This document shows, piece after piece, positions 48,801 to 63,112 of a stretch of DNA of 64,000 nucleotides. Under the pieces are notes generated by a model that did not search any database, had not been told where the DNA came from, and saw nothing but the letters and a program-made list of their open reading frames with translations. A program made the position numbers and the translations under genes. The stretch comes from Marsupella aquatica (Eukaryota; Plantae; Marchantiophyta): NCBI GenBank assembly GCA_973895155.1, contig OZ316892.1, positions 24,003,971-24,067,970 on the forward strand, read 5' to 3'. Every line of letters begins with the position of its first letter. Position 1 is the first letter of the stretch.

Positions 48801-51800
48801 ATGGCATTCTGGTGTCGACGTGCGAAGCGGGGAGTGAGCTTCGTTCGGAGAATTTCCATCGCAGCAGAAGTACGTCCCTCTGTGTCTCCATCAGGCGATT
48901 TTTGTCGGTCTTCGACTCCGGACTTGAGATTTTCCCAATGGCCAAGAGGAGGAGGAGCAGCTCAGGACAGTTTTCCCTTGCAGCAGCGCAGACATGCTGC
49001 GTTGGATATAATGCAATGGTCGCAATGGAGGTGTTTCGCGTCTGATAGCTCGGTAGGAGGGGCTGCAGGTACTCCGGAGAAAGAGCAGAAGATCGATCTG
49101 GCTCTGTATCCGCCATCTCTGGTGAGGAATTTCTCCATAATTGCGCATGTGGACCACGGAAAGTCGACATTGGCGGACCGGTTGTTGGAGCTCACGGGGA
49201 CGATTCGGAAAGGGCATGGACAGCCTCAATTCTTAGACAAGCTACAGGTTCATCATGACTTACATCTACTCCACTCTTTCCTCAATCGGAATAGTAATTA
49301 TTGAATCGTAATCCATTTCATCCATTGAATGCCATGATGGCCCAGGATTAAAATCTTTCATTTTTAGCTTGCAATGTGACGACAGCAAATTTTAGATGTA
49401 GCAGTGAGTACGAGGTCAAATGTGAAACATTTTAAGAAAATAATCAATGAAGTCATTTTACGAATAAGTTAACAGAAGAAGTGAGAAGAAAGTAGCAAAT
49501 GACGAGTTCACTGCGGGTGCGTAGTGTCAGCCAAATTAAGAATTGTGACAACATAATTTACCTGTTCGCCTTCCACATTTAACTCCTATTGAAGTAAGAA
49601 CTGCAATGAAGGTAATATACTTGTTTGCCTACCACCCTGAATTTTCTGTCAAAAGGAAAAATAATAATATTCACTTTAACTTACCGTGAAAATTTGGATG
49701 AACTCACGGGAACATGCCAGTGAGCTTGACCTGGGATGGTTGTAACTTTTAGATGCAGCAGTGAGGACTGAATGGAACGTGAGTATGTAAGGAAACAATA
49801 AGCTCGGTTAATATACGTAGGACTTGTGAAGAGACCAATTAAGAAGACAAGGAACTTTTATGAAGTGCTGTCATCCCCCTAAATGACCTCTGCGGCTACT
49901 AATTTGAACTGTCTGTCAAAGAAAGTTCTCTACTCAATTGAAATTATTGTGAACTTGCTATAACGTCAAGAGAACAATCGGTCAAGTGAATGATTGTATG
50001 TTTGCTTCAGGGAATGAGTTTAGTGGCTGACAAAGTGTGAATTGACTTTTGGCATTCAGGTGGAGAGGGAAAGGGGGATAACAGTGAAAGCGCAGACAGC
50101 CACAATGTTCTACAGCTACAATCGTGATGGCAGCACAGTGTCGGATGCCACAACCCAAAGATATCTTTTGAACTTAATTGATACACCGGGTCATGTAGAT
50201 TTCAGCTATGAAGTATCTAGATCTCTTGCAGCATGCCAAGGTGTACTTCTTCTCGTAGACGCTTGTCAAGGAATTCAAGCGCAGACGGTTGCAAATTTCT
50301 ATCTGGCATTTGAAGCGGAGTTGTCTATCATTCCAGTCATTAACAAAATTGATCAACCCAATGCCGATCCGGAGCGTGTGAAAGGGCAATTGAAGGCAAC
50401 TTTCGACATTGATCCCGAGGATGTTCTTCTAACTTCGGCCAAAACTGGGGAGGGATTGGCACACATCTTACCTGCTGTGATAGAGAGAGTATCTGAGCCA
50501 AAGGGGCGTCCTGGTTCCCCTTTGCGCATGCTTTTGCTGGACGCATATTACGATGACTATAAGGGCGTTGTTTGCCATGTTGCTGTGGTGGATGGAGCTT
50601 TGAAGAAGGGAGAAAAAATTGCATCAGCATCATCAGGGCAGACCTACGAAGTCACCGATGTTGGGATACTTTATCCCGACCTGACCCCCACATCTACGCT
50701 GTTAACAGGGCAGGTGGGATATGTGGTTACTGGCATGCGTACTACTAAGGAAGCTCGAGTGGGAGATACTTTGCATCATGCACGCCTCCCTGTCGAGTCA
50801 CTTCCGGGTTAGATTCTCAAATTGCAGACTTTCTCTTTCAAAAGTGAAATGGCCTCGATCAGGAACTGGGTTTAGTCTATAGGAATAGGCTTGATGATTA
50901 CCGGTGGGGAGTTTCACGGATTTGGGTTTGGGATCAGTAAAGACATCGACTCAGATGTGCCTTCAATTTATTTGCTTACGCGGGTCCACAGTAAGCATCG
51001 TTTGTTTTCATCATCACGATGCTTACTGTAGATGCTTTCCATTTTGTATCTGACAATAGAGATTCTCTGCTTTGATCCGATCTGCTCTGACAGGATTCAG
51101 GCCAGCCAAGCACATGGTCTTTGCGGGCATATATCCTGCGGATGGATCTGACTTCGATGCTCTCAGTCACGCCATTGAGCGGCTAACCTGTAATGACGCC
51201 AGCGTATCAGTTGCCAAGGAAACCAGCGGGGCATTGGGGCTAGGGTTTAGGTAAGTGCCAGGTGGAAATGATGAATTTTTTAATCTCCAGAATTTTTACC
51301 TTGCAACATAATTTGTCAAGAGGGTAGACGGATATTGTAAAAAAATTCAGAAGGCCAGTCTTCAAGCTGAATCTCGTGAAAGACTCATCTGTTTTTTCAT
51401 CAGGTGTGGTTTTCTTGGCCTTCTTCACATGGATGTGTTCAATCAGCGGTTGGAGCAAGTAAGCGTCTTTTGTTACCCTATGTCTCTCCCATGGATTCGT
51501 CATGGACATCCCTTTTGGCGACTTAAGTATTGAGTTCTGTGTCCTTGCTCTGGTTAGTTGAAAGTTGAAACATACCGATTCCTGCAGATGTTTAATTTCT
51601 GCAAGAGTTGTTTACTCGAGCTAAGTTATATTCAAGAAATCTGAGTCTGACAGCCATGGCTCCAGGAGTTTGGAGCGCAGGTTATTTCCACAACTCCGAC
51701 GGTGCCTTACTTATTTGAGTTTGCTGATGGAAGGTAAAAGGATGTTCGTCTTTATTCAAGTTTTCATGTGTTCACTTCTGACAGAATATTAATTACGATT

Positions 51801-53943
51801 TTCCAAGAGTTTTATCGAGATGTTTGACAACAGTTTGAACTGTCAAATAACCGAAGGAAAATTGATTTTGAAACCTTTGAAACAGCTGAAACATTTGTTG
51901 ACGTAATTTTGTTGATCTTTTGGCAGCAAGGTGAATGTACAGAACCCAGCAGCCCTCTCTTCAAGCCCTGGGAAACGAATTCTGGCATCTTGGGAGCCTA
52001 TGGTTACAGCAACCATCATTACTCCTAGTGAGTAAGCCCGCTCTTCTCTTTCGATCCCTGTAACCAATGGCTTTTCTTAATAACTTTGCAGTTTTACCCA
52101 TGATGACACTTTCTATTGAAGTTCATTCCTAACGTGATCTTGCTCAAGTCGTTTATTCCTGGTCTCAGAGATCTTTTGGCGGATGCTTATCTTAGCATGT
52201 ATCAGTACACCTGCTGTCAGAGTATTAGTTTAAGAGTCTGCTGTTCGTGTGCTTAATTTTGCAGGTATGTCGGCAGTTTAATGACGCTTTGCTCAGATCG
52301 AAGAGGAGAGCAGTTAGAGCACACCTTCATTGATGGGTAGGTGTTTCCAGTTGAGTCGATCCGGCACTTGGTAGCTGGCCATGTTGGGACTGGGTTTTAA
52401 ACACATGACACCAAAGAGATGTATATCCATCTGTTAAGGTGGAGTATGGTTTTCACGATATGTTGTGTTTGATGAAACAGGCAACGAGTGATGCTGAAGT
52501 ATAAACTTCCTCTGCGTGAAGTTGTGATTGATTTCTATAACGAATTGAAGAGCATCACATCTGGCTATGCTTCATTTGACTATGAGGAATCAGGGTACTC
52601 TCTTGATCTATTTCGTTATTGCATTCATTCACAACAGTGTGCTTTGCTGCCATATCCATACCTTCGCTGTCTGTCAGTTCAGCTGACTGAAATATTCTGA
52701 TGAGTGCAAGACATTACTTGGAACATGTTTGTATTGATGGATGGCCCATTCGATGACAGGTATGATAAGTCAGATCTGGTTAAACTGGACCTCATGCTGA
52801 ATGGTGAATCTGTGGACGCCCTGGCAACCATTGTACATCGCTCCAAGTCTCAGCGAGTTGGTCGTGAACTCTGTGAGAAGCTCAAGAAAGTTCTGGACAG
52901 GTTCGTCTTTTCAAATTTCGTGAACACTTGCCTATTTATCGGAAGATCTCAGTTACACTCTGTTTGTACGTTTTAGTAGTAGTATTCAAAACATTTAATT
53001 CCATTTTGTTATAAATACTTGCAGGCAATTGTTTGAAATTGCAATACAAGCAGCAATTGGCTCTAAAATTGTTGCACGTGAGAGGTAAAAAGGCTTTTTC
53101 AAACTTTTATAGATCATACTCCTTTTTCTTTAATGGTTCAACGTATGCGTATGTGCACTTAGAAGTAGATAAGAACTTTGTAGCGTTCGACTGGTTTCTA
53201 GTTCCACCAAAAGTACAAAAGACGTCAGCCAAACCAATGAAATATAGAAAGATATGTAGCAAAATTTTATGTCCAAATCCAACTTTTCAATGCTTATCAG
53301 GGTTTCGCATAAAAAATCCTCACCTTGTATTGAATAATGAGGGTCAATCTAATCGAAGTATTGGAAGATGAAAAACTCAAAAATCTATGTCCAATTTCAA
53401 CTTGATGTCATCGGGCTTTCGTAGTAAATTCTCCAGCAACATAATATGATAAATTTCAGTTTTTTTAAATATTATTATCATCAATAATTAGCTCTGATAA
53501 AACCAATGATCTCTAAAAATGGTTTTCATGAAGTCTGGGGATTTCTTGTAATGAGTTTCTCAAGTTTGTACCGAATTGGACTTTTAAATTGGGACAGAGG
53601 GAGCAATAAGTTGTTGTGAATGTTCAGATTCTAAAAATTCCCCGTGCTTTAGTCCTCAATTCTTGTACTTAACCTTGTGGGGTTGTTAAAATGCTGTTTC
53701 CAGTAATCGAATTGAAGAGTGAACCTCGTGAACATCTGCTGTATCCCCCTCTGACGCTGTTTGGATATCTTTTGCAGTCTATCTGCCATGCGAAAGAATG
53801 TGTTGGCAAAGTGTTATGGAGGAGATGTCTCACGCAAGCGTAAGCTGCTGGAAAAGCAAAAGGAAGGAAAAAGAAGGATGAAGCGAGTGGGAAATGTCGA
53901 CATTCCTCAAGAGGCCTTTCACACGTTATTGAAGAATTCGTAG
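48801..53943 (+). CDS. GUF1: Translation factor GUF1/LepA (EF4), mitochondrial type. Exons 48801-49247, 50060-50807, 51094-51250, 51404-51458, 51666-51733, 51927-52031, 52265-52336, 52481-52594, 52760-52900, 53025-53084, 53778-53943
   Basis: Arg-rich presequence; [22 protein letters not shown]; [11 protein letters not shown]; [10 protein letters not shown]; INKID; [16 protein letters not shown]; C-terminal [27 protein letters not shown]. All introns are GT-AG and keep frame. Confidence 0.95.
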
Positions 53944-56118
53944 ACTGTGTCCATCGTAGGTTTATTATATGGTTGGGAGCTGGAAGCGCAAGTTGTGCAG
54001 AATATTCAAGTTGGTATCTTTGTACCTCAATTTTATGTTTCCAGGTCCAGAAGATTGGAAGGTTCGGAGGGTATGTGATCATGGGGATGAACTGTGTCAT
54101 CGCATAGTTGGTCGTTGGTGCACTGCTTCAGTAGGCTTCCACTGTACCTTCAAGTCAAGCCCATTAACAGACAACATCGGTCTCCTGGTTAGTAACTGCT
54201 TGCGTACCATCATGAATCAATCACCTTTGAAGTAGCTTTACGATTAGAGAAGAGGTAGCCTTGTGAATAGGTTTGTCCAAATTCAGCTCGGCTAAATTTT
54301 GTCCTGCCTGTGGATCGTAGGGTTTAGTTGTACCATCAGCTTAGTTGTACCATCACCTGAGAGCGTCTATAAGATTTGAAGGGTCGGGTAGAGTACTTTG
54401 AGAACATGAAAAGAATTTGAAATAGTGAGGTCTCCTGGAAGATCTGATCGAAGTATTTTGGTTTGCAGATGAACTCGATCAGCAACTTCGAGTGTAAGAC
54501 CCTTTAGTTTGTCCTTGGCATTGGTTTGTTCACAATGTGTCCTTCATGAAAATTGGTAGTTTCCATTGTAAGTTTCTTTTGGTTTGGTTATTCTTTGGGG
54601 CCAATTTGGCAGTGCTACAACTCATGCCACCTGTGATGTAACTCTAGACGGAAGCCAAGACCACTGTAGGTGCAGTCCACTGTCTAGAAAATGCTAACTA
54701 AGAGCATGATATATGGCACAAATCCACACAGCAACCCGACAGCTACAATAGCTAGTTTGTGTCTTTCAAGCCCCATTTAGAGTCTCGAAGTCTCTATTCT
54801 ACTCATAAAGAAATGGAATGGCGGAGTGCTTAGTCAGTTCGGTCTAGTATCACAGTTCTACTACTTACATTACAAAGACTCATAGTCTGGTTTCAGGTTG
54901 CATTTTCCTACGGGAATTGGATTATTATTTGCAGGTATATTCACTATGACAACAATCCCACTTTGAAACCTGGACCTCCACTTGTCTCTAAGGATTCCAA
55001 CCCAATGCGAGGAAGTACATATCCAATCCGAAACCAATCAAAGGTAATTTTAGCAAAACTTCGCTGACTAACACGAAGCAAACTATTTTGTGCCTGCGAT
55101 GGCAAAGTGTTAGCTTGGACTCGAAAGGGAACTTCTGTATTCAAAACCAACAGATGTTAAAACAAATTCAGCAAACAAGTTCACCAGGCCCTGCTCCCCA
55201 CTTCTTAACACAATTATCTACAATCCTTCCTTTGAAAGATAAAATCTGGGTGATGAACAAGGATCCGCGGCCTATGATCCCTATGTGTGCAATGGCAAAA
55301 TTCAGGATCTACCTGCCTATGATCCCTACACGTCCGATGAAGGCCAATCCATATCCCAGTAAACAGCGGATCCAGTATCCACGAGTCTATGATCCTTGAA
55401 CGTCCAATGGCAACCTCTGACCGAGAAGGCCATCCCATGTCTCAATGGACAGCGGAGGTTGGCGAGCAGAAAGCCATGGCAAACATGGGCACGGCAACTT
55501 CAACAGGAAAAAACCATGAGCCTTAGGACGGTCCGGAAAGTCATTTCCTCGACACTGGCGACTCACCAGTATCCGATAAATAGCACGGCCACTTCGGCCA
55601 CAGGGTTGGTAACTGGATAGTGAAAGATTCTGTGAGACCAAATCAGATCAAATTTTCCAATTACCGTTCATTAAATAAGGGTTACAAATTGAGGATAAAG
55701 ACAGATTTTGGGTGAGACCAAAACTCAAAAATTTACCAATAAAATTCAATGGAATACAGACCCGAAGCCCCCCATTTGGAAAACCTTCACACTGCTATAA
55801 CTACAAGTCCGAGCTAGATTAACCAATCTTGTTAATTCTCCAGGAGCCACTTATTCCATGATAGAGCAATGAGACCTTTCAAACATACAATGAGTAATCC
55901 TAAGTACTATCCACAACCATTCAGAATTGCCCTGTCAAGGAGCTGAAAGTAGGCAAACCACTGTAGGTACTTAAGTCATACCAGGACCACTTTTTTACAA
56001 GTGAGGCGTTTTCAGTGGAGCGCAAGAATGCAAAGAGACTTAAGCGGGAACATACTGTCCTACAACGAGAGGTGCTGCGCTTTGTCCCACGACAAGTTCA
56101 ATCATAAATTCCGATGAT

Positions 56119-59100
56119 TTACAGGTACACTTCCTTCTCCAAAAGCTTTAGAACTTCAGCCTGGTTGTTGAGCTTTGCAACATCAATGGGTGTCTTCCCA
56201 TCCAAATTTCTTAGAGTCCTGCAAGGTTCCAGACAATTTATTTGTATGTTAGTCGCCATACTTGACCAGCAACTTCAACCCAGGAAATATGATCTAAAAG
56301 ATTAAGACAAGGGATACGATAGCGAACGGCATTTCAGAAAATTATCTGGCTCCTCTCCTAATCAGATTCTTCTCCTAATCAGATTCTTCTCCTAATATTA
56401 CGGTCACAGTAATAAAGCTTCTCAGAAGGGCAAGACGTACACAGCAGCCCCATTCTTGAGCAACAGCTCCACACACTCTTTTCGCCCATAGCCTGCAGCG
56501 TAATGCAATGCGGTGTTGTTGTTCTTGTCGAGAGCATCCACAGTTGCTCCAGAATCGAGAAGAACTTCAACGCATTTAGTCTGGAATGCACAAAAGCAAG
56601 GCATGTCATCAAAACCCAGACGGAAGACAAGGTTGATTATTCATGAGAATGGGACAGAGCATTCCAATCAAATGCAGGAAAACAGTTTTCATACCTCGCC
56701 ATAGCCTGATGCAAAATGTAAGGCTGTGCGGCCTTCCGGGTCTTTCTCATCCTTATCCGCACCTTCTTGAAGGAGTATCTTAAGGGCCTAGAACAGACAG
56801 AGGAGAGGCTACAGTTAAACGACCGTTTCCCAATTATAGATCTCGCAGGCCTTACCAAGCGTAACAGCACAGTTGCATTCACGGAGACAAGAATGGATCC
56901 TCGCCAGGAGTTGTTGTAAGATTCAAATTAGCAAGTAAACAATTTCGATCAGTTCGTACATATCAGGAATAGATTGTACCTCAGTGTCACCGGTGCTGGC
57001 AGTGAGGTGAACTGTAAGGTCTTCCTCATCCTCTTCGGCACCCTCTTCCTCGTCCTCTTCTTGTGCAGTTTCACCGGCAAGACTCTCTTCGCTACCAGGG
57101 ACTCCAACGCCCATAGCTCGCCCCAACTTGCTTAGAACGACGGGATCATTCCAGTACCTGAGTGTGATATTATCAACGGTCATTTTTCAAGGGCCTAGAA
57201 TAATCTTCTATGCAAACTCGGGGTCATTAAAGAACAGGTGAGTATAGAGTTACCATCACCATAACTCACGAATCACATTAACAATTAATAATCCAGGGAA
57301 GTTTTTCAAGAGTAGTGCTTCCATCCAACGCTAAGTCCTGCATATGACTACAATTGCACGGTTGCTGAATTCTGACATGAACCGAACGAGTTCTGGCAGA
57401 AAGTATGTAAAACCCCCTCACTTCATCATAGCTGCAGGGCCTCCGGTCTCGATCTCTTCCAATACAGGCTTCAGAGCGGGATCTTCTCGCACTTGGGCCA
57501 TACGTTGTTCTAGCTGTTGCTTATGTGCAGGATTTGAAAGATTCTGTAACATTCCAGACATGGCTGGATCCTGCAATGCATTCAAGTACATTGTCACGGG
57601 ACTGTCCTCATAACTTTGATCTAATTCATCCTTCCCTAAAGAAGAACGATACTTACTGGTGATAATGCAGTATACATCACATTAATTTGAAAAGCCAAAG
57701 TAGACTGATATCAACATTATGAACAACAAACTTCTAGACTCCCCTTGTTTGAAATAATTGATGGCCGCCCTTAGCAATATTGAAAGACAAAAGAGGCAGG
57801 GATTAGTGCCCATTTGACTACGGTACCACAGAACAGCACCGGCATGATTGTCATCGATTGATGTTAGGAGTCTTTAAGAAGATAGAAGGCTGACCTGCAT
57901 CAGGGCATTGCCAAGACGCTCAGCCATGTTCATGAACTGGGGGTTCTGCATAACTTGCTGCATGGCATTGATGTATTGATTTGTATCCAACTGTGGAACT
58001 CCGTCATTCCCTACATTCTGCACACTTCGCTGCAGCTGTTGTGCCATTTGATTGAACGCTGGGTCCTTCGCTATCTGCTCAGCCATCTCTTTGATGCTCG
58101 GGTCCTGCAAAAGAACAACGTCAAGCAGCAAAACCAGTCAACAACCTCATGCTAGATGAATCCATGGGGTAATTGCATTACTTGATAGGAAGTCAATCAA
58201 CACACTGCAGCTCATTCCTTATGAATAGTTTACAGGCTAAAACACTAGCTGCTACCAACAGATTTCATCGCCATACGATTTTCGCTCACGGTGGAATCCT
58301 CTCAAAAGGCTACGGCCAAAAAACCTTTACTGTTTGAATGCAAGCGACAAATCATTCACACTGCTGCCGGAGATGCTATAATTTGCCTGATACTGTCTGA
58401 TAAGACAAAGGTAATGGAGTAACAGCCTTACATTCAAGAGGCCAGTCATTGCGGAGAGATCGAAAGCATTCGGGATCCCAGCCTCCTCCGTACCCTCTGC
58501 ACCGGGGGTTGGTGCAGCGACAGGGGCAGCAGTCTCCTCTGCAGCCTTGGTCTCATCTGCTTTCACTGCACAATCATAGATTGAAAAATTGAAAAATTAA
58601 AAAACTGAGCAACAGCTTGAAAAGGACTCATACACTTGAATCAGGACCACGGGAACAGACTGTAATCACTTCCGCCACAGGACGTTGCAAAGATATATTG
58701 AAGCAGACATCGACCATAGATACGCATCCGAGGAACAAATCCGCGCAACAATCGAACACTTTCATATCACGAAGCCAATATATACCGACAAGGCCATTTC
58801 GGCCCAGGAAAAACGAAATCATCATGCCCAGGCGAAGCTCATTTTCGAAGGACGTAATTTAGAAAAAGGAAAAATCCAGGAGAAAACAGGACATCTAGTT
58901 CTATCTCAACAACGAGCAAGATATGCCGTCCGTTCCAACAATTTCCATGTGGACTGATGTAGAGTTCGCTGCAGAAATGAACAAAGGGATTTTCAAGTCA
59001 TTCAGGAAAACTCCGGAATGCCACGTATTACGCCAAAGGACGAATTCAGCATACGACCGACGTGCTCACAAAGGCTCTGCAGAAATTCTAATCTCCAGCA

Positions 59101-59906
59101 TTAAAAAAAACTCGCCTGTTAATAAAACCGTCAGACATCGCTTTCCCGTTCTCACAAAAATCCAGATCCCTCGAGACACCAGAATTTAAACCCTAGCACC
59201 AAATGATGTCTTCGGCAAGCGCTCTGCGACTCTCTCCATATCATCCAAGCAGCACCAATATAGACAGCAAATTCATGCATCCGTTTACTTCACACCGCAA
59301 ACTAGACTATCAAGAGACCATCCAAGAATGTCTTCATGAAACCAGTACACCGCAACAAATCCTCCTCCCACCGCATCCTTACATGCGACTCTAAAGTCCT
59401 CCCCCACCTCTAGCGAAACCAAGGCGCGCCATGCTCTGCCATGGCCTCTCTTCCGACGATTTTCTCAGACCCTTTCCACAACACGCAACCCCAAAAAGCA
59501 GTACACGGCGGTCCCATCCATGTCCGCCCCACGCAAAACTGGGACTGCAACTCTTCCCAGAGACAAACTTCCCTCAACCACTAATAACATAAAATAACCC
59601 AAAGCACCCTAATGCATAATATCCATCCCCGAGAGGCAGTGCCGCAGTATCAGACACAAAAACTCCCCTCGTAACTCTCCTCCACCACAAACTTCCTTCC
59701 ACTATCATCTAATAAAGTAGAGCGAAACACTCTAATCCATCATATGCAATCAACCCGGTCAATCCAATCAACCAACAAACCCGACGCAGTCCCTTCGCAT
59801 ACATGCACACACTCACGCACACGAACAAACGACGCGAGCGAAAAACGGCAGCGAAACCAACCCAACCCAAACCAAAACAACACGAACCTGGAGCAGCAGA
59901 CGCCAT
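56119..59906 (-). CDS. AKR2: Ankyrin repeat protein AKR2 (chaperone for organelle outer-membrane proteins). Exons 59906-59888, 58565-58432, 58104-57895, 57570-57422, 57157-56980, 56787-56695, 56580-56441, 56218-56119
   Basis: [30 protein letters not shown]; [13 protein letters not shown]; acidic linker; ankyrin repeats ([37 protein letters not shown]); ends LLEKEVYL*. The 19-nt first coding exon (ATGGCGTCTGCTGCTCCAG|GT) is inferred from phase. Confidence 0.92.
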
Positions 59907-60177
59907 CGCTGCAGCAGCAGAACGTCTTCGCGTCAATCCTCCTCCTCTCTCCGCCCCTCGCTTGCACTCGCGATCAACTCACTGTCTCCGTCGCTTCGTC
60001 TCTCCGTCTCTCCGCGTGTGAAGCAATCTCTCCAGCAATACTCTCTCGTCTCTCGTTCTCTCGTCTCTCTCGTCGCTCTGGTCTGTCTAGTCTCTCTCTC
60101 GCGCTTCCTATCTCCGCCCACAGTTCCTTTCTATCCGTCTCTCTGCTCTATCTTCCGCACTAAGTAACGACGATTTG

Positions 60178-62960
60178 ATGACTCTTCGCCCTTCCAATCC
60201 AAACCTGCTTGGCTCCCTTTGCTTTCTTTCGCTCCTTCGCCTTTCCCTGCCTTTCCCTGCCTTTCCTGCCGCTTTTGCTGCACAGCACTCACACCAGACC
60301 AGACCAAGACCAGACCAGAGCAGAGCAGAGCAGAGAGACCAGAGCAGAGCAGAGCCTATTGCACGGCAGAGCAGAGCCGAGCAGAGGCGTTTGTTGCTGC
60401 CAAAGCGTGACTCCAGGTACTAACGGACGGAATGACGAGCTGATAGACGGAATGTATATTGTACAAGGGGAGTGACTGGACGGAATGATTACCTTGTACG
60501 CACGGTAAAAAACATTTTCTGGTTTTTTGGGTTTTGCTAGGGTGGTGAATGTGACCTTGTGTGAGGACGAAGATGCTGAGAATATTACTTATCTAAAAAC
60601 AAGGCAGGTGTGACTCTGGGTACTAATGGATGGAATGACCAACTAATCGACGGAATGTTTGTTGTACAAGGGGAGTGATTGGACGGAATGATTACCTTGA
60701 ACGCACTGTAATTTTTTCCAGGTTTTTTTTTTTTGGGTTTTGCAGGGTGGTGAATATGACCTTGTGACTGGACGGAATGATTACCTTGAACGTCTAGTAA
60801 TTTTTTTCAGGTCTTTTGGGGGGTTTTGCTAGGTTGGTGAATGTGACCTCACCTTGTGTGAAAGAGAAGATACTAAGAATATTATGTATCTAAAAACAAG
60901 GCGTGACTCCAGGTACTAAGGGACTGAATGACCAACTAATAGGCAGAATGTTTGTCGTACAAGGTGAGTGACTGGAGGGAATGATGACCTTGAAGGTAAA
61001 GCAATTTTCACGGTTTTTTTTTTGTTGTTGCTAGGGTGGTGAATGTGACCATGTGAAAAGGAGAAGAATGCCTCATATTTGCTCCTTAGCCTTTGTTTCA
61101 GCCAATGCGAGACAAACAATGAGGTACCAATGGACAGAATGACTTCATGGACAAAATGATGGACGGAATGTTTATTGTATAGGGTGAGCGACTGGATGGA
61201 AATATGACCTTTAAGGTAAATTTATTTATTGGTCTTTTCTTTTTTGTGAGGGTGGAAAATGTGACTTGTGTGAAGGAGAAGATGCTGAGAATATCACTTA
61301 TATTTAAACATTTGACATTAATTTGGGACCATTAGATCTAATTTGCCATTAGATGTGAAGGAGCTAACTCGGGGGTCTCACTATATGGATGCCTCCCCAT
61401 CACCTGTGATGTTTTTAGGCCTCGGACCCCCTAAAATGTAAGAAAAAAATATTTTCAACCCCTATAAAGTTAAAATATTATTGAAATATTCCAAAATTTG
61501 GTTATAAGGACCCTAATGTTCTTACAAGTCTCAAAATTTGATTTAAAAGGCCCTATTGTTCTTCTCAGAAAATTCTTGTCTTCCCTTTGAACCAATAAAA
61601 TGACCCTATACTTCGTCGCACGTGATGTGTCATTTTTGTGGAAGTGAAACCCCCAAGGAGCTAACCCAGATTAATTTCTAAAACCCACAATAAAAAACAA
61701 TGGCATTGTGATAAATAGAAAAAAATCAGTGGCAATGTACGTATTATGCCAAAACATTCAGTGACAATGTACAATTTATGCCAAAAAAGTGTGGTAATGT
61801 AGTAAATTCCAGTATCTGATTTTCTTTGATTGATTTCTGATCATAAGATCTCCCTGGATTCTAAGGATGACTGTCAGATTCTGGCTAATCGGGTCTATGG
61901 CTTTTATTCAGTGAGGTGGAATTTGATGTATTTTTGCCACCAAAAAATAATGACATTCTGATGACTCCTTGCCCTTCCAATCCAAACCTGGTGCTCCCTT
62001 TGATCCATTTGGTCCTTTTGCGTTCTCTGCTACCAATGCGCATGGCTCAGGTACCAACGGACAGAATGACTTCACAGACAAACTGATAGTAAGACAGAAT
62101 TTTTGCTGTACGCTTTGAGTGACTGGATGGAATGAAGACCTTGCAGGAGGCCTGAAGGTAACGTAATTTTTTGGTTTTATCTTTTATGCTAGGGCGGTGA
62201 ATGTGAATTTGTGTGAAGGTGAAGATGATATTCTTTATCTAATGTTCCTAGATTAAGGATGACCGTTGGATTCTGGCTAATGGGGTTTGTGGCTAAGACT
62301 GTTTAGTGAGATAAATTTTGATTTCCGCCATGCAAAACTAATAACAATATGATGACTATTTTCCCTCATATTTTTCCTTCCAATCCAAGCCGTTTGCTCC
62401 CTTTGATCCATTTGCTCCTTTGCCTTTGCTGCTACCAGTACCCGTGACTCGAGGTACCAACAGACCAGATGACTTCACGGACAAACTGATAGAGTTTCAT
62501 CAGTCATAATAGTCAACCTGAGAGATGAGCTGTTTGTTTTCCATGGTGAATGACTGGATGGAATCATGACCTTCAAAATCAGATTCTGGCTAAAGGGGTC
62601 TTTGGCTAGGTGGGAAGTTGCTATTAGTACACAAATGTTTTTGTCCTCTCTCATATTGTTGGGGAACAGTTAGCCACAGGTTTAAATAATTATCACCTAG
62701 ACAATTAGGCATCCAACCGGTTATTGCAACAACCCAATGCCTGGTTTTTTATGGCAAAGCCAGACTTTTCAGTGAGGGTGTAATTTGGCTAGATTTTGCC
62801 ACTTAAAAATGGACTATTCAATGACTCTTTGCACTTTCAATCCAAACCTACTGCTCCCTTTGATCCCTTTGCTCCTTTGCATGTGTTGTGCCTTTGCTGC
62901 CACTTTTGCTGCTAATGCTAATGCATGACTCAAGGTACCAACTGACATAATGATTTCACA
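60178..62960. repeat. Complex array of diverged copies of the AKR2-proximal upstream sequence
   Basis: atgact...cttccaatccaa-type block at 60178, 61961, ~62350 and 62821. The aggtac...gga(c/t)(g/a)gaatgac block occurs at ~60415, 60620, 60910, 61120, 62050, 62450 and 62930. ggtgaatgtga(c/a) recurs. Confidence 0.8.
60295..60386. repeat. AGACC/AGAGC pentamer microsatellite
   Basis: accagaccagaccaagaccagaccagagcagagcagagcagag... Confidence 0.8.
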
Positions 62961-63112
62961 GATGTACCGACAGGGTGTTAGTCCAAACAGAAAGAATAAT
63001 CATTAGATGTAGTGAATGAATGGACAGAATGTTGGCTTTGAGGGGTCAACTAGCAAAACCATATGTTACTATGTCAACCCCAAAATTTTAAAAAATTACT
63101 GAATTACAACCA

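Noticed and set aside
54944-55641. Small ORFs between GUF1 and AKR2
   Set aside because: Several overlapping short frames with GATCC micro-repeats and no domain; likely 3' UTR or intergenic.
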